Origin: an uncultured Gammaproteobacteria bacterium
GTDB taxonomy: Bacteria > Patescibacteriota > Patescibacteriia > Magasanikbacterales > UBA922
Reading direction: 5' to 3'
Length of the DNA: 64,000 nt
NCBI GenBank assembly: GCA_964435035.1
Contig: CAYSXR010000004.1
Span: forward strand, 676-64,675
This document shows positions 55,741 to 64,000 of this stretch, piece after piece (positions within the stretch are counted from its first letter, which is position 1; each line of letters begins with the position of its first letter). The notes beneath the pieces were generated by a model. It made no database searches, was not told the DNA's origin, and saw only the letters and a list, made by a program, of their open reading frames with translations. The position numbers were made by a program, and so were the translations under genes.

Positions 55741-56364
55741 ATGGCTGATTCGTCACTCGATAAACTCATGTATTCATTCGTGATGGAGGATGTCCTCAAA
55801 GGACTGTTTATCTATGTTCCACCAGGATACGTGGCATGTGTCTATGACCTTGGTCGTGGGGTATTGAAGAAGGTATTGACACCAGGACTTCATTTCAAAA
55901 TTCCTTTTTGGCAGAAAGCAAAACTTTTTAATACTCAGACATTGGAATACGGTATTTCTCGCCAGTTTAATAGTGGAAATCAAAAAGCAATGGGGGATAT
56001 TCCAATTGCTGCCGTAACTCATGATAACAAGCGAATTGCAGTCGAAGGAACGATTCTTCTTCGACTTGATATTCATCAGATCCCGATGATCTGGCAGACG
56101 ATTGGTGAGGATTTTGTAGAAAAAATTATTCGCCCCACCATCCGCAGTCGTATGCGCATGGTTGCGACTCGATTCACCTATGAAGATTTGGTGGGAAGTA
56201 AGCGTGATGCGGTGGAAACTGAAGTAAAAAATGAACTTGAACGTATTTTCTATCCTCGCGGAATCTATGTAGAAAATATTCTTCTTAGTGAAATTTCTCA
56301 GGTTTCTGCTGGAAGTGGTGCGGGAGATGCTCCGAAGAAAGAGGATCATGGTGGACATCATTAA
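55741..56364 (+). CDS. SPFH/band-7 (stomatin/HflK/C-like) domain protein
   Basis: VPPGYVACVYDLGRGV...LTPGLHFKIPF SPFH core. Confidence 0.65.
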   Translation: MADSSLDKLMYSFVMEDVLKGLFIYVPPGYVACVYDLGRGVLKKVLTPGLHFKIPFWQKAKLFNTQTLEYGISRQFNSGNQKAMGDIPIAAVTHDNKRIAVEGTILLRLDIHQIPMIWQTIGEDFVEKIIRPTIRSRMRMVATRFTYEDLVGSKRDAVETEVKNELERIFYPRGIYVENILLSEISQVSAGSGAGDAPKKEDHGGHH

Positions 56365-57232
56365 GAATACTGTTTTTATGGGAGAATTTCAGTCTGCTCA
56401 AGGGTTAGAAAATTTTCACCCTGTTGATCAATCTAAAAATGAAAATAATCGAGAGGGTGAAATAGTCGAAAACATAAGAAATAATCCATATTTTGTACGT
56501 CTGTGTAAAGGTTTTTTACGTTATCAAGAATTACTGACTACTCCTAATATCTCTGGGGAAGAAAAACAACAGTTTTTACAACGGATGCATGAATTGCATA
56601 GGATCGGCGATTTAAATGTTGCAAAACAAAATACAGAAGCTGTCTTTATGGCACCTGCTGATGTGGACGATGTCTTTGAATATGCTTTGCGTTATGCTGA
56701 AACTGGAGATTTTAACCCAGAACAGTTTTTACAATATCTTAGAAAAAATCCTGAAATTCTTATTGGTTTGTCTGAAGAGTGGAATCCAAAGAGTGGGGAT
56801 AGTAAGTTGGGTGAGTATGAGTATGTAAATAGTCTTGTTGCCTTTACTAAAAAAGATGATGAAACCATTTCGCTTCATATTCTTCCTGCAGGAACTTTAA
56901 AACCATCTGAGCTGATTACAAAGGTAGTTGAAGGTTTCCGAAAAATTGCCCATAAAATTTCTTTGGGTGAAATTTCATGCAAGCATATTGAAATGAAGTC
57001 TTGGATGCTTGGTAAGGGTCTCCAGGAAAAAATTACCCCGTTATTTTCTAAGATGGGTGATATTAACATTCATGAAATAGATCAAAACACTGAAGATGTG
57101 GTTGATATCCAGAGACTTGCATTGTTGTTTAATACGAAATCTCTTGAGCATTACTTACGCACCGGTATTCCACCTGAGGTTAGAGCGGCTGAGATTAACA
57201 GTAAAAACTTTACGCAGGCCTTCGTAAATTAA
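56348..57232 (+). CDS. Hypothetical protein (overlaps the SPFH gene by 17 nt)
   Basis: ATG at 56348 (MVDIIKNTVF...) preferred over the ORF-track start at 56288; no domain recognised. Confidence 0.45.
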   Translation: MVDIIKNTVFMGEFQSAQGLENFHPVDQSKNENNREGEIVENIRNNPYFVRLCKGFLRYQELLTTPNISGEEKQQFLQRMHELHRIGDLNVAKQNTEAVFMAPADVDDVFEYALRYAETGDFNPEQFLQYLRKNPEILIGLSEEWNPKSGDSKLGEYEYVNSLVAFTKKDDETISLHILPAGTLKPSELITKVVEGFRKIAHKISLGEISCKHIEMKSWMLGKGLQEKITPLFSKMGDINIHEIDQNTEDVVDIQRLALLFNTKSLEHYLRTGIPPEVRAAEINSKNFTQAFVN

Positions 57233-57249
57233 TAGTTTGGATATAGTAT

Positions 57250-57277
57250 AAAAGAGGCTCTTGACGCCTCTTTTTTG
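57250..57277 (+). terminator. Rho-independent terminator
   Basis: AAAAGAGGC-tcttgac-GCCTCTTTTTT. Confidence 0.8.
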
Positions 57278-57281
57278 TAGT

Positions 57282-57314
57282 GGTATATTATCACTCAGAT
57301 AATACGAGTGATAA
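57282..57314 (+). promoter_or_regulatory. hrcA promoter -10 (TGgTATATT) overlapped by a CIRCE-like HrcA operator
   Basis: TTATCACTC-N9-GAGTGATAA against the CIRCE consensus TTAGCACTC-N9-GAGTGCTAA (one change per half-site); sits 2 nt before the hrcA ATG. Confidence 0.65.
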
Positions 57315-57315
57315 T

Positions 57316-57999
57316 ATGCTTACTCCTCGAAAAGAGACTATTCTCAAATATATTGTTGAGACCTATATCAAGGAAGCCGAACCAATCGGTTCCAAGTTGC
57401 TATCGGAAGATACAGGTCTTGAAGTATCTGGTGCGACACTCCGAAATGAAATGCGAGAGCTTGAGGAAGATGGACTTCTCACGCATCCACACACTTCATC
57501 GGGGAGAATCCCGACTGAGGCAGGGTATCGGTATTATGTGGAACATTTGATGAAGCCAGAAGTGATGGGAAAAAAGATTACTGATAAAATTGGTGCAGCA
57601 TTGGAGGAACATCGCGAGATTGATCGCAAGCTCAAAATTTTTGCACGTATTGTTTCTGAAATGTGTGGCACTGCAGTAATTGTTTCATTCAAAAAAGATT
57701 CATTATACTATACGGGTATTTCACACTTTTTCTCACAGCCAGAATTTCAGGATTATTCGTTCACCGTATCGGTGTCTGGAATATTTGATACCTGTGAAGA
57801 AGTGATGCCAGAACTCCATAAAGAGTATAGTGATACATTGCCACGTATTTCTATCGGATCAGAAAATCCATTTGGAACCATGTGTAGTGTAGTGGGTAAA
57901 AAATTGGACAATGATGTGCTCATTGCAATATTAGGACCCCTCCGTATGAGGTACAATCGAGCACTTACATTACTCAATTATACTAATGATGTATTTTAA
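57316..57999 (+). CDS. hrcA: Heat-inducible transcription repressor HrcA (short, 227 aa)
   Basis: ILKYIVETYIKEAEPIGSKLL...VSGATLRNEMRELEEDGLLTHPHTSSGRIPT..GYRYYV N-terminal wHTH signature. Confidence 0.8.
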   Translation: MLTPRKETILKYIVETYIKEAEPIGSKLLSEDTGLEVSGATLRNEMRELEEDGLLTHPHTSSGRIPTEAGYRYYVEHLMKPEVMGKKITDKIGAALEEHREIDRKLKIFARIVSEMCGTAVIVSFKKDSLYYTGISHFFSQPEFQDYSFTVSVSGIFDTCEEVMPELHKEYSDTLPRISIGSENPFGTMCSVVGKKLDNDVLIAILGPLRMRYNRALTLLNYTNDVF

Positions 58000-58004
58000 T
58001 CTCT

Positions 58005-58547
58005 ATGATTATGAGCGATGAACAGCAGGGAACAATTAATAATGAGCAATTAATAAATAATCAACCGCAATCTGATGTTGAAAAGTTGACTCAAGAATGT
58101 GAGGAATACAAAACTGGTTGGCAGCGAGCGGTGGCAGATTATCAGAATTTGAAAAAAGAAATGGAATCCAATCGGCTTGATTTGTTCAATTGGAGTGAAG
58201 AGAAAATATTATCTGAGTTTATTCCGATTTATGATAATTTTAAAAAAGCGTTTGCACATCATCCAGAGCTTGATGGGGGAGATGAATTTCATAAGAAAGT
58301 GCAGAATTGGGTGAATGGAATTGGGTTCATTAAAAAACAATTTGAAGATGTGCTGAAAAATCATCAGGTTGAGGAGATTAAGGCTGAAGGAAAATTTGAC
58401 CCACAGTTTCATGAGGCAGTAACCGAAGAAGATAATGAACTGGAGCACGGATCGATTATACGAGAAGTCGAATCTGGATATACGATGAAAGGAAAAGTGA
58501 TCAAGGTGGCGAAAGTGGTTGTGTCTAAGGGTTCTATTTCAACATAA
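58005..58547 (+). CDS. grpE: Nucleotide exchange factor GrpE
   Basis: WQRAVADYQN, GKFDPQFHEAV, GYTMKGKVIKVAKVVVS. Confidence 0.9.
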   Translation: MIMSDEQQGTINNEQLINNQPQSDVEKLTQECEEYKTGWQRAVADYQNLKKEMESNRLDLFNWSEEKILSEFIPIYDNFKKAFAHHPELDGGDEFHKKVQNWVNGIGFIKKQFEDVLKNHQVEEIKAEGKFDPQFHEAVTEEDNELEHGSIIREVESGYTMKGKVIKVAKVVVSKGSIST

Positions 58548-58613
58548 TAGAACACGGATGACACAGAATTGAACGGAATTAACATGTTTCAGATTCCGCC
58601 TCATCTGTGTTCC
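58548..58613 (+). repeat. Family C structured element, copy C1
   Basis: GAACACGGATGA pairs with TCATCTGTGTTC (12 bp, one G-U), enclosing the inner hairpin CGGAAT...ATTCCG. Confidence 0.55.
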
Positions 58614-58676
58614 ATTAATAATTTTTAAGCTCAATACATATCGAACGGTATGAGTTGAGCAATCGGAGAACAGCAT

Positions 58677-59123
58677 ATGTCTCTTACACGCTGGGTCCCT
58701 ATGGATCCGTTTGCTGAGATGGAAGAAATGATGCGCTCTCTTCCCTCTGTTACCAGTAATAATACACTTGCTCAACGCGGATTTGTTCCGGCAGTAGACA
58801 TCTATGAGACCAAAGAAGCGGTCGTCGTAGAATCTCAACTTCCAGGAATCAATCCTGAAGAAGTAGAGGTAAGTGTGGAAAATGGTGTACTTTTGATCAA
58901 AGGCGAGCACAAACGCGAACACGAGGTCGAGGAGAAGAATTATTACCGCAAAGAAGTTCGTAGTGGTATGTTCTATCGTCAGGTGCCACTTCCTACTGAG
59001 GTCGAGGAGAACAATGTGTCAGCAGAATTTGAAAATGGCATATTGAAAATTACGTGTCCAAAGGCGGAATCGGTAGAGAAGAAGAAAGTAAATGTGAAGA
59101 TTGTAAATAAGACTAAGAAATAA
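58677..59123 (+). CDS. Hsp20/alpha-crystallin small heat-shock protein
   Basis: ACD core PAVDIYETKEAVVVESQLPG...VENGVLLIKGE...A.FENGILKI. Confidence 0.85.
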   Translation: MSLTRWVPMDPFAEMEEMMRSLPSVTSNNTLAQRGFVPAVDIYETKEAVVVESQLPGINPEEVEVSVENGVLLIKGEHKREHEVEEKNYYRKEVRSGMFYRQVPLPTEVEENNVSAEFENGILKITCPKAESVEKKKVNVKIVNKTKK

Positions 59124-59221
59124 AAGTAATAATATTGTTTAAGGGTATTAATCATGAGGATTGATACTTGAGCCGCTCCATCTTGATCCAGTATCTCGTC
59201 TGTACAACTTGTACTTGAATC

Positions 59222-59244
59222 GAGGGGAGGGCTGAGGGAAAGGG
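59222..59244 (+). other. G-quadruplex-forming motif in the dnaK upstream region
   Basis: GGGG-a-GGG-ctga-GGG-aaa-GGG, four G-tracts with loops of 1, 4 and 3 nt, in a 38% GC background. Confidence 0.4.
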
Positions 59245-59303
59245 TAAAAGTTAAAACGACAAAGTGAAAAAAATTTTAAATAAACTAATCACTAATTAAC
59301 TAA

Positions 59304-61241
<1,938 letters not shown>

Positions 61242-61250
61242 GTTTTCAAA

Positions 61251-61314
61251 TAGAACGCGGATTTAACGGATAACACGGGTATACACGGATTAAATCCGTG
61301 TTATCCGTGTTCTA
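61251..61314 (+). repeat. Family C element, copy C2: interleaved inverted repeats (A-B...A'-B' order)
   Basis: CGGATTTAA and CGGATAACACGG, followed by TTAAATCCG and CCGTGTTATCCG. Confidence 0.55.
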
Positions 61315-61372
61315 TTATATTTATTGGAATTGGATGCTATACTTATATCTCACCTATATTTAACTCATACAT

Positions 61373-61960
61373 ATGACCAAACAAACACGAATTTTTTCTG
61401 TAGCTATAGTCTTGGTGGGAGTCGGTATTGCATATTGGCTTATTTCTCCATTATTTGTCGATAAAGTTGTAAATGAGGATATTCCGTTTGTGTCACAAAA
61501 TAGCAATATTGCAGAACAAATTCCGGATACGGAGATCAGAGGTGATTACGGAAGTGCAATGATGGAGATGCGTGACCAAGGAAAAGAAATGACTGACTCA
61601 ATGCCATCTAGTAACGAGCCAAAAGAGGTTGCAACTGGTACATTCGTAGAAGTAGCTCATGAAGGATTCGGCGATGCAAAAATTATTGCTCTAGGTGAAA
61701 ATGAGTCGATACTTCGTTTAGAAAATCTTGATGTATTGAATGGTCCTGATTTGCGCGTGCTTCTTTCTCCAAGTACATATATTAAGGGTAAGTCTGATCT
61801 TGGAGATTATGTTGAATTAGGTGAATTGAAGGGTAATAAAGGGGACCAGAATTATGAAATTCCAGAGGGTGTTAATATTGCCAAATATAATAGTGTCGTT
61901 ATTTACTGCAAGCCGTTTGGTGTGGTTTTTAATGTGGCAAAGCTTGATCGAAGCAAATAG
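61373..61960 (+). CDS. Membrane-anchored DM13-domain protein
   Basis: N-terminal TM; GDAKIIALGENESILRLENLDVLNGPDLRVLLS...YNSVVIYCKPFGVVF is DM13-like. Confidence 0.5.
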   Translation: MTKQTRIFSVAIVLVGVGIAYWLISPLFVDKVVNEDIPFVSQNSNIAEQIPDTEIRGDYGSAMMEMRDQGKEMTDSMPSSNEPKEVATGTFVEVAHEGFGDAKIIALGENESILRLENLDVLNGPDLRVLLSPSTYIKGKSDLGDYVELGELKGNKGDQNYEIPEGVNIAKYNSVVIYCKPFGVVFNVAKLDRSK

Positions 61961-61969
61961 TTTTCAATT

Positions 61970-63079
61970 ATGTCATCAAAAGATTATTATAAAATTCTCG
62001 GAGTAGAAAAAAATGTATCGGCTGAAGATTTGAAAAAAGCATTTCGTAAGCTTGCACATAAGTATCATCCGGATAAACAAGGTGGAGATGAGGCAAAGTT
62101 CAAAGAAGTGAACGAGGCTTTTCAGGTACTCGGAGACGAGACCAAGCGAAAACAATATGATCAATTTGGTGCTGATTTCAATCAGCAGGGTGGATTTGGC
62201 GGTGGCATGAGCTGGGACGATTTTATGCGGGCTAGTCGTGGTCAGGGTGGAGCCCAGGGAGGGTTTAGTGGTAATTTTGGTGGGTTTGATTTTGGAGATA
62301 TTTTTGGTGACATGTTTGGAATGGGTGGAAATAGAGGGGGTGCACGTCAACGTCGTGGAAATGATATTCAGGTAGATATTGAAATTAGTTTCGAAGAAGC
62401 TGCATTCGGAGTGGATCGAGAAATCAAATTAACAAAAAATAATGCGTGTGACGTTTGTAGTGGATCAGGTGCTGAGCCTGGAAGTTCATTACATACCTGC
62501 GAAGAATGTAAAGGCGCTGGACAAGTAAGACGAGTGCAACAGACTATACTTGGTGCTATGCAGACAGCGGTAACTTGTCCCAAATGTAGTGGTGTGGGAA
62601 AATTTCCTGAAAAACGATGTAAACATTGTGGGGGAGATGGAGTACTCCGATCTGAATCAAAATATACGGTAAAAATTCCTGCGGGAATTTCTGAGGGTGA
62701 GGCTGTTCGATTGGCGGGAAAAGGTGAAAGTGGTGGGGCGGGAGTAGTGCCAGGTGATTTGTATATTCGTGTGCATGTCCGTGAACACAAAGGTTGGGAA
62801 CGGGATCAATACGATATTCATAGTGAAATTATAATCAATTATCCTCAGGCGGTTCTAGGAGATACTGTTCCTGTCGATACTCTTGATGGGGAGAAGAAAA
62901 TTGCAGTGCCTGAGGGTGTACAAGCAGGGCAGGTAATTCGTCTGAAGGGTTTGGGAGTTCCGCGTTTGCATGGTACAGGGAGAGGGGATCATTATGTACA
63001 TGTAAAACTTGATGTACCCAAGAAAGTTTCGAAGGCTGCGAAGAAGTTGATTGAAGAGTTGAAGAGTGAATTAGAGTAA
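61970..63079 (+). CDS. dnaJ: Chaperone DnaJ
   Basis: J-domain HPD (KYHPDK), G/F region, four CxxCxGxG zinc-finger repeats. Confidence 0.9.
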   Translation: MSSKDYYKILGVEKNVSAEDLKKAFRKLAHKYHPDKQGGDEAKFKEVNEAFQVLGDETKRKQYDQFGADFNQQGGFGGGMSWDDFMRASRGQGGAQGGFSGNFGGFDFGDIFGDMFGMGGNRGGARQRRGNDIQVDIEISFEEAAFGVDREIKLTKNNACDVCSGSGAEPGSSLHTCEECKGAGQVRRVQQTILGAMQTAVTCPKCSGVGKFPEKRCKHCGGDGVLRSESKYTVKIPAGISEGEAVRLAGKGESGGAGVVPGDLYIRVHVREHKGWERDQYDIHSEIIINYPQAVLGDTVPVDTLDGEKKIAVPEGVQAGQVIRLKGLGVPRLHGTGRGDHYVHVKLDVPKKVSKAAKKLIEELKSELE

Positions 63080-63082
63080 TAA

Positions 63083-63113
63083 AAAATCACCCTTATCGGG
63101 TGATTTTTGTTTT
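63083..63113. terminator. Bidirectional Rho-independent terminator
   Basis: AATCACCC-ttat-CGGGTGATT followed by TTTGTTTT. Confidence 0.75.
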
Positions 63114-63552
63114 ACACAATAACTAGGTGTGTTTGTAGTTCTTCTACATCATCTTCTAATCTTTCTATTCGTCCTTCGTGTCTCAAGAGTGCGTGGTTAG
63201 TTGCTGCCATCTCCTCAGTCATTTTCTTGAGTACTCCTGTTATCTCATCCTGTACTGTGAGAATAGTGTTTAAATTTTCTGGGATGTCCTTTATCTTTTC
63301 TTTGATGTCTGACACGTCGGTTTGAAGATTAAGGATTGAGGTTGCCATTCTGTCAGCTGTACTAGACAGTGTATCTACTCTTCCTGATAGGGTGTCCACT
63401 GTTCCAGAGAGTGTGTTGACCGTCCCAGTCAATTGATCCACTGTCCCTGTTAACGTATCAACTACTCCAACTGTCTTATTTACTGTTTCCTTAATTTCAG
63501 AAACATCTGTTTGAAGCTGGGTTATTGGCTCAGCTATTTTATCTTCCTCCAT
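63112..63552 (-). CDS. Hypothetical coiled-coil protein with heptad TLSGTVD repeats
   Basis: TLTGTVDQLTGTVNTLSGTVDTLSGRVDTLSS repeats. Confidence 0.45.
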   Translation of the reverse strand: MEEDKIAEPITQLQTDVSEIKETVNKTVGVVDTLTGTVDQLTGTVNTLSGTVDTLSGRVDTLSSTADRMATSILNLQTDVSDIKEKIKDIPENLNTILTVQDEITGVLKKMTEEMAATNHALLRHEGRIERLEDDVEELQTHLVIV

Positions 63553-63611
63553 ATAATTCCTCCTTAAGAATAATATATGTATGGTATCTTAATCTGCGAA
63601 ACATTGTCAAT

Positions 63612-64000
63612 TTAGTACGCTTTGCCATCAAGTACGCGATTTACTTCTGCATCGGCTTCTTTATTTTTATGTCTGAGCACGTGTGAAATTCTTACTCGTT
63701 TGAATTTTTGAAGTAAATTCCACGCCTCGATGAACAGTTTTTGGAGTGTTGGTTCTTTCACTTTCCATCGTCTGTTTAGTTGCTCTACGACGAGTTTACT
63801 ATCAGCAACACAGTCTATTTCGTCTGCTCCTAGTTCTAGAGCTTTTTTGAGTCCAGAAATAATTGCCATGTATTCGGCATAATTGTTTGTCTGTTTGCCG
63901 AGATAGTCACCGAATGCACTTACTTTTTTTCCTGTATCATCTTTGATGACGACGCCTGTTGCTGCGGGTCCTGGATTGCCGCGCGCTCCGCCGTCGGTAT
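63612..64000 (-). CDS. rnhA: Ribonuclease HI, 5'-truncated by the window end
   Basis: Reverse strand continues in frame past the ORF-track Met: ...GARGNPGPAATGVVIKDDTGK...TNNYAEYMAIISGLKKA...ISHVLRHKNKEADAEVNR, an RNase H fold signature. Confidence 0.65.
   Translation of the reverse strand, partial: TDGGARGNPGPAATGVVIKDDTGKKVSAFGDYLGKQTNNYAEYMAIISGLKKALELGADEIDCVADSKLVVEQLNRRWKVKEPTLQKLFIEAWNLLQKFKRVRISHVLRHKNKEADAEVNRVLDGKAY

Noticed and set aside
55774-56361. 195-aa ORF antisense to the SPFH-domain gene
   Set aside because: The sense strand encodes a recognisable SPFH domain. The antisense ORF has no motifs, and convergent full overlap is implausible.
58616-58676. ROSE-type RNA thermometer upstream of hsp20
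   Set aside because: No UYGCU-type anti-SD pairing could be drawn against the GGAG; only generic hairpins. Kept as a low-interest note.
59130-59200. HspR HAIR operator (CTTGAGT-N7-ACTCAAG) or a second CIRCE upstream of dnaK
   Set aside because: Three CTTGA motifs and a GTACAA-c-TTGTAC palindrome are present, but neither matches the HAIR nor the CIRCE consensus closely enough to call.

Overview
The window looks like two compositionally different pieces. Positions 1 to about 4130 are high-GC (about 60% or more) and hold a 5'-truncated ORF with a PD-(D/E)xK-like motif, followed 3 nt later by a 1040-aa DExH superfamily-2 helicase. That pair is a candidate nuclease plus helicase defence cassette, possibly Hachiman-like. 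The remainder (about 4.1 to 64 kb) is low-GC (about 38%), gene-dense, almost entirely on the + strand, and resembles a Patescibacteria/CPR-type streamlined genome. It carries rplJ-rplL, mreB, a cell-envelope glycosyltransferase cluster, frr, two MacB-type ABC systems, a 2168-aa surface giant protein, glyS with a probable T-box leader, tpiA, bcp, typA/bipA, a DEAD-box helicase, cca, yidC, an hrcA-grpE-hsp20-dnaK-dnaJ heat-shock cluster with a CIRCE-like operator, five tRNAs and an unannotated rpmG. Nearly every promoter found fits TTGACA-N17-TATACT. The low-GC part also carries several families of recurrent intergenic structured repeats. Family A is arrays of 9-bp iterons arranged as long palindromes. 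Family B is a 70-100-nt hairpin element ending 3 nt before start codons. Family C is interleaved inverted repeats. Family E is 8-bp periodic CTRGTT repeats. None of these was recognised as a known element type, and they are the most unusual signals here after the high-GC helicase cassette. No CRISPR array, rRNA or obvious transposase was found. All calls come from reading the sequence and protein motifs by eye; no searches were run.
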